A DNA stretch of 64,000 nucleotides from Acidimicrobiales bacterium (GTDB lineage Bacteria; Actinomycetota; Acidimicrobiia; Acidimicrobiales; Bog-793), in assembly GCA_035294085.1 (NCBI GenBank), contig DATGLP010000008.1, positions 87,681-151,680 of the forward strand, in the 5' to 3' direction. The notes under the pieces are model-generated. The model was not told the origin of the DNA, did no database searches, and saw nothing but the letters and a program-made list of their open reading frames with translations. Positions 46,175 through 55,740 of the stretch are shown one piece after another (within the stretch, counting starts at the first letter, position 1; the number at the start of each line of letters is the position of its first letter). A program made the position numbers and the translations under genes.

Positions 46175-47206
46175 GTGCGCGTCCTCGTCACCGGCGGTGC
46201 CGGGTTCATCGGCTCGAACTTCGTCCGCTACCTCGTCGCGGCGCACCCCGAGGACGACGTCGTCGTCCTCGACGCCTTGACCTACGCCGGCAACCGGGCG
46301 AACCTCGCGCCCCTCGAGGCGGAGGGGAGGGTTCGCTTCGTGCGGGGCGACATCGCCAACGAGGAGCTCGTCGAGCACCTGCTGCGGGAGTGGGCGATCA
46401 GCCACGTCGTCAACTTCGCCGCCGAGTCCCACAACAGCCTGGCGGTGCTCGACCCGGCGCGCTTCTTCCGGACGAACGTGCTCGGCACCCAGGCGCTGTG
46501 CGAGGCGGCCCGGCGCGTCGGCGTGGAGCGCCTCCACCACGTCTCGACGTGCGAGGTCTACGGCGACCTGCCCCTCGACAGCGACGAGTCCTTCACCGAG
46601 GCCTCGCCCTACCGGCCGCGCACCCCCTACAACGCCTCGAAGGCCGCCTCCGACCACGTCGTGCGCTCGTACGCCGAGACCTTCGGCCTCGAGGTGACGA
46701 TCACGAACTGCTGCAACAACTACGGCCCCTACCAGTTCCCGGAGAAGCTGATCCCCCTCTTCACGACGCGCGCGCTCGCGGGGGAGCCGCTGCCGCTGTA
46801 CGCCTCGACCGAGAACCGCCGCGAGTGGCTGCACGTCGAGGACCACTGCCGGGCCGTCGACCTCGTGCTGCGCCACGGGAGGGCCGGGGAGACGTACCAC
46901 GTCGGCTCGGGGCGCGAGGCGACCATCACGGAGATCGCCGACGCCATCCTCGAGGCGACCGGCCGACCCGCGTCGCTGAAGACGATCGTGCCCGACCGCC
47001 CCGGCCACGACCGGCGCTACCTCCTCGACTCGACGAAGATCCGCTCGCAGCTCGGCTGGAAGCCCGAGGTCGACTTCGAGCAGGGGCTCGAGGCGACGGT
47101 CGCCTGGTACCGGGACAACGAGGCGTGGTGGCGCCCGCTCCTCGGGCGCTCGCCGGTCGCCGAGGAGGCCTGGGGTGCCGTCGCGCCCTCCCGGCGGGCC
47201 CCCTGA
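46175..47206 (+). CDS. rmlB: dTDP-glucose 4,6-dehydratase
   Basis: Contains VTGGAGFIGSNF, HVSTCEVYG, YNASKAASD and the typical RmlB C-terminus WW. Confidence 0.9.
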   Translation: MRVLVTGGAGFIGSNFVRYLVAAHPEDDVVVLDALTYAGNRANLAPLEAEGRVRFVRGDIANEELVEHLLREWAISHVVNFAAESHNSLAVLDPARFFRTNVLGTQALCEAARRVGVERLHHVSTCEVYGDLPLDSDESFTEASPYRPRTPYNASKAASDHVVRSYAETFGLEVTITNCCNNYGPYQFPEKLIPLFTTRALAGEPLPLYASTENRREWLHVEDHCRAVDLVLRHGRAGETYHVGSGREATITEIADAILEATGRPASLKTIVPDRPGHDRRYLLDSTKIRSQLGWKPEVDFEQGLEATVAWYRDNEAWWRPLLGRSPVAEEAWGAVAPSRRAP

Positions 47207-47212
47207 GCGCCG

Positions 47213-48079
47213 ATGCGGGTCCTCGTCACCGGCGCGGGGGGCCAGCTCGGGCGCGAGGTCGTCGCCGAGCTCGCGCGGCGGGCAGCGGCTCGCCGCCGTG
47301 GCCCGGCCCTCGAGGTCGTGGCGCCGACCCGCGCCGAGCTCGACGTCGCGCAGCGCTCGGCCGTGCTCGCGGCGATCGTCACCCTCGAGCCCGACGTCAT
47401 CGTGCACGCCGCCGCCTTCACCGCCGTCGACCGCTGCGAGCAGGAGGTCGAGCGCGCCCTCGCCGTGAACGCCCTCGGGACGCGCCACGTCGCCGAGGCG
47501 GCCCGCCTCGTCGGCGCCCACGTCTGCTACGTCTCCACGGACTACGTCTTCGACGGGACGAAGCCGACGCCCTACGACGAGTGGGACGAGCCGAACCCCC
47601 TCTCGGTCTACGGTCGGTCCAAGCTCGGCGGCGAGCGCGGGCTCGACCCCTCGGCGACGGTGGTCCGCACCGCCTGGGTCTGCAGCGCCCACGGGACGAA
47701 CATGGTGCGAACCCTGCTCCGCCTCGCCGCCGACGAGGGCGAGCTCCGCTTCGTCGACGACCAGCGCGGCTCGCCGACCGTCGCGGCGGACCTCGCGCCC
47801 AAGCTCGTCGACCTCGCGCTCGAGCGACGCCCCGGCGTCTTCCACGTGACGAACCAGGGGGAGACCACCTGGTACGGCTTCGCTCGCGCCGTGCTCGGCT
47901 TCCTCGGCGCCGACCCCGGGCGCGTCGTGCCCATCTCGACGGCCGAGCTCGTGCCGCCGCGCCCGGCGCCCCGGCCCGCGAACTCGGTGCTCGACAACGC
48001 CGCGCTGCGCCTGGCCGGCGACGGCCTCCTGCCGCACTGGGAGGAGTCGACCCGCCGCCTCGTCGCCGCGCTCGCATGA
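47213..48079 (+). CDS. rmlD: dTDP-4-dehydrorhamnose reductase
   Basis: Contains VLVTGAGGQLG, STDYVFDG and YGRSKLGGE. 288 aa. Confidence 0.85.
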   Translation: MRVLVTGAGGQLGREVVAELARRAAARRRGPALEVVAPTRAELDVAQRSAVLAAIVTLEPDVIVHAAAFTAVDRCEQEVERALAVNALGTRHVAEAARLVGAHVCYVSTDYVFDGTKPTPYDEWDEPNPLSVYGRSKLGGERGLDPSATVVRTAWVCSAHGTNMVRTLLRLAADEGELRFVDDQRGSPTVAADLAPKLVDLALERRPGVFHVTNQGETTWYGFARAVLGFLGADPGRVVPISTAELVPPRPAPRPANSVLDNAALRLAGDGLLPHWEESTRRLVAALA

Positions 48080-48972
48080 GCGCGGGGATCGGCGCCGTCG
48101 TCGTCAACCGGGACGCCGGCTCGGCGCTCGTCGCCTGCGTGGACAGCCTGCGGCGGGCCGGGGTCGAGGAGGTCGTCGTCGTGGACAACGCCTCGAGCGA
48201 CGGCTCCCTCGAGGCGCTCGCGCGCCGGGACCGGGCGGCGACGATCGTGGCGGCCGGCCGCAACCTCGGCTACGGGCGCGCCGCCAACCTCGGGGTGGCG
48301 CGCCTGGGCGCCGGGCTCGTCCTCGTGTGCAACCCCGATCTCGTCGTCGACCCCGGCGCGCCCGGCGCGCTCGCCGGCGCCATCGAGGCCGACCCAGCCG
48401 TCGGCGTCGCCGGTCCGCTCGTCCTGCGCCCGGACGGCGTGCCCTACCCCTCGGCGCGGGCGTTCCCCTCGCTCGTCGAGGCGGCCGGCCACGCCCTCCT
48501 CGGCCCGCTGTGGCCGTCGAACCCCTGGAGCCGCCGCTACCGCCTCGACCTGGCGCGCGAGCGCGGTGCGCTCGACGCAGGGCCCGTGCCCGTCGACTGG
48601 GTCTCGGGCGCGTGCGCCCTCTTCCGGCGCGAGGCCTTCGACGCCGTCGGCGGCTTCGACGAGGGCTACTTCATGTACGTCGAGGATCTCGACCTGTGCT
48701 GGCGGCTGCGGCGCGCCGGCTGGGAGGCGCGCTACGTCCCCGCGGCGAGGGTCGTGCACCACGGAGGTCTCTCCAGCGCGCGCCACCCCTACCGGATGCT
48801 CGTCGCCCACCACCGGTCGACGTGGCGCTTCGCCCGCAGGTCCTCGTCGGGGCTGCAGCGCCTCGTGCTGCCCGCCGTCGCGGCCGGCCTCGCGGCGCGC
48901 CTCGGCGTGAGCCTGGCGGGCGAGCTGGGCGCGCGGGCGCGCCGGGCGCTCGCGGCGGGCCGGCCCGCTTGA
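48076..48972 (+). CDS. family-2 glycosyltransferase (WbbL-like rhamnosyltransferase candidate)
   Basis: ATG 48076 overlaps the rmlD stop (ATGA). Contains VVVDNASSDGS, GYGRAAN and FMYVEDLDLCWR. Confidence 0.85.
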   Translation: MSAGIGAVVVNRDAGSALVACVDSLRRAGVEEVVVVDNASSDGSLEALARRDRAATIVAAGRNLGYGRAANLGVARLGAGLVLVCNPDLVVDPGAPGALAGAIEADPAVGVAGPLVLRPDGVPYPSARAFPSLVEAAGHALLGPLWPSNPWSRRYRLDLARERGALDAGPVPVDWVSGACALFRREAFDAVGGFDEGYFMYVEDLDLCWRLRRAGWEARYVPAARVVHHGGLSSARHPYRMLVAHHRSTWRFARRSSSGLQRLVLPAVAAGLAARLGVSLAGELGARARRALAAGRPA

Positions 48973-48988
48973 GTAAGCTCGGCGAGCC

Positions 48989-49705
48989 ATGGCACGGGGG
49001 TCGTTCAGCCGCACCGTGGCGCGCGCGGCGGCGAGCGGCGGGAGCCGCACCTACCGTGCCCGGCCGCCGACCGCCTGGTACCTGCTCCTCTTCGTGATCT
49101 GCGCGGCCGGCGTCGCCCTCATCGTCTACAGCCGCAACGAGCGGCTGCACCCGGCCTCGGCCGTCCGCCACCAGCTCGGGCCGAGCGCCAGCGACACCTG
49201 GCACGTCGCCTTCGCCGTGGACGTGTGCGGCCGACTCCAGCCGAACCTCCCGGTCAACCCGAACCTCGCGAGCACGGGCCTCCGCACCTACGGCGACGGC
49301 CTCATCGACGTCGCCCCCGGCGCGGCGCCGAACCCCGCCGCCTTCGAGGGCGCGCTCGCCACGCTCGGCAACTTCGCCGACCACTACCCGGGCTTCACCC
49401 TCACGGCCACGAGCCTGAAGCTCCCGGGCGCGAAGACCACCTACCGCAACGGCACGAGCTGCCCGGCGAGCGCGACGACCCCGAGGGGGCCCGGCGTCCT
49501 GCAGGCGAAGGTGTGGCCCTCGACCGACCTGTCGGGCGCGCGCGTCGAGACGGACCCGGCCTCGATCCACCTCGGCAACGGCATGATGATCACCCTCGCC
49601 TTCGTGCCGAGGGGCGCGCCCATCCCCCCGCCGCCCTCGCGCGCCACGCTCGCCCAGGCGCTCGGCGCCACCCTGGCGCCGAGCACGAGCACGCCGCGGC
49701 GATGA
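48989..49705 (+). CDS. hypothetical membrane-anchored protein
   Basis: 238-aa ORF with one N-terminal TM helix (WYLLLFVICAAGVALIVY) and an extracytoplasmic domain. High third-position GC. I do not recognise the family. Confidence 0.6.
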   Translation: MARGSFSRTVARAAASGGSRTYRARPPTAWYLLLFVICAAGVALIVYSRNERLHPASAVRHQLGPSASDTWHVAFAVDVCGRLQPNLPVNPNLASTGLRTYGDGLIDVAPGAAPNPAAFEGALATLGNFADHYPGFTLTATSLKLPGAKTTYRNGTSCPASATTPRGPGVLQAKVWPSTDLSGARVETDPASIHLGNGMMITLAFVPRGAPIPPPPSRATLAQALGATLAPSTSTPRR

Positions 49706-49723
49706 CCCCGGAGCCGTCCTAGG

Positions 49724-50803
49724 GTGATCGCGCTCGTCCTCGTCGGCGGGGAGGGGACGCGGCTGCGACCGCTCACCTACGACGTCCCCAAGCCGATGCT
49801 GCCGATCCTCGAGCGACCGATGATCGCCCGCGTCGTCGAGTGGCTGGCGCTCAACGGCGTCGAGCGCGTCGTCTTCTCCCTCGGCTACCGGCCCGACGCC
49901 TTCTTCGACGCCTTCCCCGGGGACACCTGGGCGGGCGTCGCCCTCTCCTACGCGGTCGAGCCGGAGCCCCTCGACACCGGTGGCGCGATCCGCTTCGCAG
50001 CCACGGAGGCGGGCGTGGAGGGGGAGCGGCTCATCGTCGTGAACGGCGACATCCTCACCGACCTCGACGTCGGTGAGCTCGTCGCCTTCCACCGTGCCCA
50101 CGGGGCGGAGGCCACGATCGCGCTGACCCCGGTCGAGGACCCGTCGTCCTACGGGGTCGTCCCGACGACGAGCGAGGGCAGGGTCCTCGCCTTCATCGAG
50201 AAGCCGCCGCGCGCGAAGGCGCCGACGAACCTCGTCAACGCCGGCACCTACGTCCTCGAGCCGGAGGTCCTCAAGCGGATCGACGCCGGGCGGCGGGTCT
50301 CGGTGGAGCGCGAGGTCTTCCCGCTCCTCGTCGCCGAGGGCGTGCTCTACGCCGCCGCCTCCGACGCCTACTGGCTCGACACCGGCACGCCCGAGCGCTA
50401 CCTGCAGGCGCACCTCGACATCCTGCGCGGGGCCCGGCCGGCGGTGGTCCTCCCCGAGTCGCGGCTGGCGGCGCCCGGCGTGCGCCTCGCCGCGGGCGCG
50501 CGCCACGACGGCGAGAGCGCGGGCGACGTCTTCCTCGCCGCGGGCGCGCGCGTCCTGCGGGGGGCGCTCGTCGCCGACTCGGTCATCGGCTCGGGCGCGC
50601 TCGTGGGTGCCGGGGCGCGCGTCGAGCGCTCGCTGCTCCTGCCCGGCGCGTGCGTCGGCGGCGGGGCGGTCGTCGAGGACTCGATCGTCGGCGCCCGGGC
50701 CCGCCTCGGCGAGGGCGCGGTCGTGCGCGCCCAGAGCGTGCTCGGCGCCGGGGTGGTCGTCGAGGCCGGTGCCGTCCTCGACAGCGCGCGGCTGCCTGTG
50801 TGA
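49724..50803 (+). CDS. manC: sugar-1-phosphate nucleotidyltransferase with C-terminal left-handed beta-helix (mannose-1-phosphate guanylyltransferase-like)
   Basis: Contains LVGGEGTRLRPLTYDVPKPMLP and GAIRF, plus hexapeptide repeats at the C-terminus. Confidence 0.85.
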   Translation: MIALVLVGGEGTRLRPLTYDVPKPMLPILERPMIARVVEWLALNGVERVVFSLGYRPDAFFDAFPGDTWAGVALSYAVEPEPLDTGGAIRFAATEAGVEGERLIVVNGDILTDLDVGELVAFHRAHGAEATIALTPVEDPSSYGVVPTTSEGRVLAFIEKPPRAKAPTNLVNAGTYVLEPEVLKRIDAGRRVSVEREVFPLLVAEGVLYAAASDAYWLDTGTPERYLQAHLDILRGARPAVVLPESRLAAPGVRLAAGARHDGESAGDVFLAAGARVLRGALVADSVIGSGALVGAGARVERSLLLPGACVGGGAVVEDSIVGARARLGEGAVVRAQSVLGAGVVVEAGAVLDSARLPV

Positions 50804-50813
50804 GACTCGCCGC

Positions 50814-51782
50814 GTGCGGGCGCTCGTGACGGGGGGGGCCGGCTTCATCGGCTCCGCCCTCGTGGACCGCCTGCTCGCCGAGGGGCACGCGGTCGACGTC
50901 GTCGACGACCTCTCGACGGGCTCGCTCGCCAACCTCGCCGAGGCGCGTGCCGCGCGCTCCGGCCTTCGCTTCCACCAGCTCGACGTGCGCGCGCCCGAGC
51001 TCGTCGAGCTGATGGCTCGCCGGCGCCCCGAGGTCGTGTTCCACCTCGCCGCGCAGGCGAGCGTCCAGCGCTCGGTGAAGGTGCCGCTCCTCGACGCCGA
51101 GGTGAACGTCCTCGGCAGCCTGCGGGTTCTCGAGGGCGCCCGCAGCGCGGGGGCCCGCAAGGTCGTGTTCGCCGCGAGCGGCGGGACGCTCTACGCCGAG
51201 GCCGAGCCCGGCGAGCTGCCGGTGGGCGAGCGCCACCCGCAGGCGCCGCGCTCGCCCTACGGGATCGCGAAGCGGGCGGTCATCGACTACCTCCACGCCT
51301 ACCGGGAGCTGTACGGGCTCGAGTTCACCGCGCTCGCGCTCGCCAACGTCTACGGCCCGCGCCAGGATCCCGACGGCGAGGCCGGGGTGGTCGCCATCTT
51401 CGCCGCGAGCTTGCTGCGCCAGGTGCCGTGCGTCATCCACGGGGACGGCGAGCAGACCCGGGACTTCGTCTTCGTCGACGACGTGGTGGACGCGTTCGTA
51501 CGCGCCGCGACGCGCGGCGGCGGCCTCGTCCTCAACGTCTCGACGGGCGTGGAGACCTCGATCAACGCCCTCTACCGCCTCGTCGCCGCTGCGGTCGGCT
51601 CGCAGCGCGCGCCGCGCCACGGCCCGGCGCGCGAGGGGGAGGTGCGGCGCAGCGCGCTCGACCCGGCGCGCGCCGCGCTCCACCTCGGCTGGCGTCCGTT
51701 CACGCCGCTCGCCGAGGGGGTCGCGAGCGTCGTGCAGGCCCTGGCGCGCGCCGAGGGCGCAGCCCAGCGCGCGGCGCGTTGA
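50814..51782 (+). CDS. NAD-dependent sugar epimerase (GalE-like SDR)
   Basis: GTG 50814 lies within ORF 50607..51782. Contains VTGGAGFIGSAL, YGIAKRA and RDFVFVDDV. Confidence 0.85.
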   Translation: MRALVTGGAGFIGSALVDRLLAEGHAVDVVDDLSTGSLANLAEARAARSGLRFHQLDVRAPELVELMARRRPEVVFHLAAQASVQRSVKVPLLDAEVNVLGSLRVLEGARSAGARKVVFAASGGTLYAEAEPGELPVGERHPQAPRSPYGIAKRAVIDYLHAYRELYGLEFTALALANVYGPRQDPDGEAGVVAIFAASLLRQVPCVIHGDGEQTRDFVFVDDVVDAFVRAATRGGGLVLNVSTGVETSINALYRLVAAAVGSQRAPRHGPAREGEVRRSALDPARAALHLGWRPFTPLAEGVASVVQALARAEGAAQRAAR

Positions 51783-52720
51783 TCGCCGTGCTCGCGGGCG
51801 GCGTGGGCGCCGCCCGCTTCCTCGCCGGCCTCGTCGAGGTCGTGGCGCCCTCGAGCGTCGTGGCGGTCGTGAACACGGGCGACGACACGCGCCTGCACGG
51901 ACTGCACATCAGCCCTGACCTCGACACCGTCACCTACACGCTGGCGGGCGAGCACAACGCAGAGCTCGGGTGGGGGCTCGCGGGGGAGACCTGGACGGTG
52001 ATGGCGGCGCTCGAGCGCCTCGGCGCCCCGACGTGGTTCCGTCTCGGGGACCGGGACCTCGCCACCCACCTCTACCGGACCGGTCGCCTCGCCGAGGGGG
52101 CGCCGCTGTCGACGGTGACGGCCGAGATCGCGCGCGCCTTCGGCGTCGAGGTGCGCCTCCTGCCGATGAGCGACGACCCGGTGCGCACCCGCCTCGAGCT
52201 CGCGGACGGGCCCGAGGTGGAGTTCCAGGAGTACTTCGTGCGGCTGCGCCACGCGGTCGCCGTGCGCTCGGTGCGCTTCGCCGGGGCGGAGGAGGCCCGT
52301 CCCGCGCCGGGGGTCCTCGAGGCGCTCGAGGAGGCGGACGCCGTCGTCATCGCCCCCTCCAACCCCGTCGTCTCGATCGGCCCGATCCTCGCGCTCGAGC
52401 CCGTCTCGGCCGTGCTCGCGCGCCGGCGCGCCTGCGTCGTCGCCATCTCGCCGATCGTGGCCGGCGCGGCGCTGAAGGGCCCGGCGGCGCGCCTGCTCGC
52501 CGAGCTCACCGGCGACTCCTCCGCCGAGGCGGTGGCACGCCGGTACTCGGCGGTGGCCGGCGCCTTCGTCCTCGACGAGCGGGACGCCGCGCTCGCCGGG
52601 CGCGTCGGCGCCCTCGGACTGCGCCCGGTCGTGGCCGAGACGGTCATGGGGGCACCGGGCGTCGCCGCCGGCCTGGCGAGGGCCGCGCTCGACGCCGTCG
52701 GGGTCGCGACGTCGCGATGA
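51779..52720 (+). CDS. cofD: 2-phospho-L-lactate transferase (F420 biosynthesis, FbiA)
   Basis: TTG 51779 overlaps the upstream stop (TTGA). Contains IAVLAGGVGAARFL, NTGDD, GLHISPDLDT and APSNPVVSIGPIL. Confidence 0.85.
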   Translation: MIAVLAGGVGAARFLAGLVEVVAPSSVVAVVNTGDDTRLHGLHISPDLDTVTYTLAGEHNAELGWGLAGETWTVMAALERLGAPTWFRLGDRDLATHLYRTGRLAEGAPLSTVTAEIARAFGVEVRLLPMSDDPVRTRLELADGPEVEFQEYFVRLRHAVAVRSVRFAGAEEARPAPGVLEALEEADAVVIAPSNPVVSIGPILALEPVSAVLARRRACVVAISPIVAGAALKGPAARLLAELTGDSSAEAVARRYSAVAGAFVLDERDAALAGRVGALGLRPVVAETVMGAPGVAAGLARAALDAVGVATSR

Positions 52721-53427
52721 GCCTCGGCGCCGGCGCGCTGACGCTGCTCCCGGTGACCGGCATCGGCGAGGTGCGCCGGGGCGACCGCCTCGGCGCCCTC
52801 GTCGCCCGGGCGGTCGCCCTGCACGACGGCGACGTCGTCGTCGTCACCCAGAAGGCGGTCTCGAAGGCCGAGGGCCGCGTCGTGCCGATCGACGAGTCGG
52901 ACCCCGACGCTCGCCTCGCCCTCGTCGCCGCAGAGTCGGTGCGCCTGCTGCGCCGGCGCGGCGACCTCGTCATCGCCGAGACCCGCCACGGCTTCGTCTG
53001 CGCCAACGCGGGCGTCGACCTGTCCAACGTGGAGGCGGGCCACGCGGTCCTGCTCCCGCTCGACCCGGACCGCTCCGCGCGGCGCATCCGGGCCGAGATC
53101 CGCCGGGCGAGCGGCGCCGAGGTGGCCGTGATCGTCTCGGACACCTTCGGCCGGCCCTGGCGTCGGGGCCTCACCGACGTCGCCATCGGCTGCGCCGGCA
53201 TCGCCGCGGTCGTCGACCTGCGGGGGACGCCCGACGCCTACGGGCGGGAGCTGCGGGCGACCGAGGTGTGCGTCGCCGACGAGCTCGCCGGGGCGGCGGA
53301 GCTCGTGATGGGCAAGGCCGCCGGGGTGCCCGCCGCCGTCGTGCGCGGCGTCGACCCGAGCCTGCTGCGGCCGGGCTCGGTGCGCGCCGAGGTCGTGCGG
53401 AGCGCGAGCGAGGACCTGTTCCGTTGA
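52717..53427 (+). CDS. cofE: F420-0:gamma-glutamyl ligase (stand-alone CofE, no nitroreductase-like C-domain)
   Basis: ATG 52717 overlaps the cofD stop (ATGA). Contains VVVTQKAVSKAEGR, CANAGVDLSN and SDTFGRPWRRG. Confidence 0.85.
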   Translation: MSLGAGALTLLPVTGIGEVRRGDRLGALVARAVALHDGDVVVVTQKAVSKAEGRVVPIDESDPDARLALVAAESVRLLRRRGDLVIAETRHGFVCANAGVDLSNVEAGHAVLLPLDPDRSARRIRAEIRRASGAEVAVIVSDTFGRPWRRGLTDVAIGCAGIAAVVDLRGTPDAYGRELRATEVCVADELAGAAELVMGKAAGVPAAVVRGVDPSLLRPGSVRAEVVRSASEDLFR

Positions 53428-54566
53428 GCACCCGCCGCGTCCCGGCGCGCTCGGGCCGGCCGGGTCGCACGCCGGAGGTCCTCCTCGTCGTGGAGCAGCT
53501 GCGTCGCCGGGTCCCGGGTGGGATCGGCACCTACGTCGCGGGCCTGCTGGCCGGCCTGGCGGCACTCGCCCCCGAGGCGCCGAGCGTCGCGCTCCTCGCC
53601 AGTCGGCCCGCGAGCGAGCCCGACCCGCTCGAGCGCTTCGGCTTCCCCGTCGTCGCCTCGTCGCTGCCCGGCCGCCTGCTCACGAGGGCCTGGGCGCGCG
53701 GCCTCGGGCGCGAGCGGGTGGGCGCCGGCGTCGTGCACGCGACGTCGCTCGCCGTTCCCCCGACCGACCGCCCGCTCGTCGTCACGGTGCACGACCTCGC
53801 CTGGCGCGCCCTGCCGGCCGCCTTCCCGCGCCGGGGGAGGCGCTGGCACGAGGCGGCGCTGCGGCGCGCCGCGCGCCGCGCGGCGCGCCTCGTCGTGCCC
53901 TCCGAGGCGGTGCGCGACGCCCTCCTTGACGCGGGGCTCGGGCTCGAGCCCGCCGACGTCGCCGTCGTCGAGGAGGGTGCCGACCACCTCCCCCCGCCCG
54001 ACCGCCCGGCGGCGGCGGCGCTGCTCGGTCGCCTCGGCGTGCGCGGGCCCTACCTCCTCAGCGCGGGGACCCTCGAGCCGCGCAAGAACCTCGCCCGTCT
54101 CGTGCGCGCGTACGGCGCCGTGCGGGATCTGCTCCCCGAGCCGTGGCCGCTCGTCGTGGCCGGACCCGCGGGCTGGGGCAGGGGCGTCCCGCCGGCGCCC
54201 GGCGTGGTCCTCGCCGGCCGGGTCGACGACGCGGTCCTCGCCGCCCTGTACGAGGGGGCTCGGCTGTTCTGCTACGTCCCGCTGCTCGAGGGCTTCGGGC
54301 TGCCCGTCGTCGAGGCGATGCGGGCGGGGACGCCGGTCGTGGCGAGCCCCGTGCCCGCGGCGGGCGGCGCGGCGCACCTCGTGGATCCGCTCGACGTGGA
54401 GGCGATCGCGGAGGGCCTGCGCGCGGTCGCGCTCGACGAGGCGCTGCGGCGCCGCCTCGTCGAGGCGGGCCGGTCGCGCGTGGCCGGGCTCACCTGGCGC
54501 TCGGCGGCGGCGGCCCACGTCGCGCAGTGGGAGGCGGTCCGGGCGAGGGGCACGCGTGGCCGCTGA
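53424..54566 (+). CDS. GT4-family (GT-B) glycosyltransferase
   Basis: TTG 53424 overlaps the cofE stop (TTGA). Contains GGIGTYV, GTLEPRKN and EGFGLPVVEAM. Confidence 0.8.
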   Translation: MSTRRVPARSGRPGRTPEVLLVVEQLRRRVPGGIGTYVAGLLAGLAALAPEAPSVALLASRPASEPDPLERFGFPVVASSLPGRLLTRAWARGLGRERVGAGVVHATSLAVPPTDRPLVVTVHDLAWRALPAAFPRRGRRWHEAALRRAARRAARLVVPSEAVRDALLDAGLGLEPADVAVVEEGADHLPPPDRPAAAALLGRLGVRGPYLLSAGTLEPRKNLARLVRAYGAVRDLLPEPWPLVVAGPAGWGRGVPPAPGVVLAGRVDDAVLAALYEGARLFCYVPLLEGFGLPVVEAMRAGTPVVASPVPAAGGAAHLVDPLDVEAIAEGLRAVALDEALRRRLVEAGRSRVAGLTWRSAAAAHVAQWEAVRARGTRGR

Positions 54567-55731
54567 GCCGCTGCGCGTCGGCGTCGACGTCACCGCCGTG
54601 CCCGCCCGGCCCGCCGGCGCCGGCGTGTACACCCTCGAGCTCGTGCGCGCCCTCGCCCGGCGCGAGGACACGGCGCTGCGGCTGCTCGCGCGCCGGGGCG
54701 ACGGGCCGCGCTGGGCGGCGTGCGCGCCCGCCGCCGAGGTGGCGGCGACGGCGCCTGCGGCTCGCCCGGCGCGCCTCGTGTGGGGCGAGCTCTGCCTCGC
54801 GGCAGCGGCGACGCGTGGGCGCTCGCCGGCCTCGGTCCTCCACTGCCCCCACTACACCATGCCCGCCCGGCCCACCGTGCCGGTCGCCGTCACGGTCCAC
54901 GACCTCACGCTCGTCGAGCGCCCGGCCTGGCACGAGCGCTCGAAGGTCCTCGTCTTCCGGCGCGCCCTCAAGGTCGCGGCGGCGCGCGCCGAGGCGATCA
55001 TCGTGCCGAGCCGCCACACCGCCGAGCGGCTCGTGGCCGCCTACGACGTGGCGGGCGCGGTCCGGGTCATCCCCCACGGCGTGGACCACGCCCGCTTCAC
55101 GCCGACCGAGCCCGCACCGGGGGCGGACCGGGCAGCGCTCGCCGCGCTCGGCCTCAGCCGGCCCTACGTCGTCCACCTCGGGACGATCGAGCCGCGCAAG
55201 GACCTCGCCACCCTGGTCGCCGCGTTCGACTGCCTCGCCGGGCGTCGCGGCGACCTCGAGCTCGTCCTCGCCGGCGCGCCGGGGTGGGGCAGGCGCGTGC
55301 TCGCCGCCGCGCTGCGCTCGGCGCGCCATCGCGACCGCGTGCGCCAGCTCGGCTACGTGCCGCCGGCAGCGGTCCCGGCCCTCCTGCGCCAGGCGGCCGC
55401 CGTCGCCTACCCGTCGCTCGAGGAGGGCTTCGGGCTGCCGGCGCTCGAGGCGCTGGCCTGCGGCGCGCCCCTCGTGACGACCGAGGGCACGGCGATGGCG
55501 GAGCTGGCGGGCGAGGCGGCCGTCCTCGTGCCGAAGGCGGACCCCGGGGCGCTCGCCGACGCCCTCGAGCTCGCCACGGCGCGCGACGCGGCGGCCGAAC
55601 GCCGCCGGCGAGCGGGGCTGCGCAAGGCTGCCGAGCACACCTGGGAGGCCTGCGCGGCAGCGCACGTCGAGGTCTTCGCCGAGCTCGCCCGCGGCACGCG
55701 CCGCAGGCCCGCGGGGAGCGCCGGCGGCTAG
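54556..55731 (+). CDS. GT4-family (GT-B) glycosyltransferase
   Basis: GTG 54556 gives an 11-nt overlap with the previous GT4. Contains AGAGVYT, GTIEPRKD and EGFGLPALEAL. Confidence 0.8.
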   Translation: MAAEPLRVGVDVTAVPARPAGAGVYTLELVRALARREDTALRLLARRGDGPRWAACAPAAEVAATAPAARPARLVWGELCLAAAATRGRSPASVLHCPHYTMPARPTVPVAVTVHDLTLVERPAWHERSKVLVFRRALKVAAARAEAIIVPSRHTAERLVAAYDVAGAVRVIPHGVDHARFTPTEPAPGADRAALAALGLSRPYVVHLGTIEPRKDLATLVAAFDCLAGRRGDLELVLAGAPGWGRRVLAAALRSARHRDRVRQLGYVPPAAVPALLRQAAAVAYPSLEEGFGLPALEALACGAPLVTTEGTAMAELAGEAAVLVPKADPGALADALELATARDAAAERRRRAGLRKAAEHTWEACAAAHVEVFAELARGTRRRPAGSAGG

Positions 55732-55740
55732 CCTTGACGG

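Noticed and set aside
49720-49725. TAGGGT as a -10 box upstream of manC (the same CTAGGGTG string occurs at 56936-56943).
   Set aside because: It overlaps the obligatory GTG start, because the GGEGTRLRPLT motif begins 7 codons later. It therefore cannot be a -10 for this gene, and it shows that TANNNT hexamers also occur by chance.
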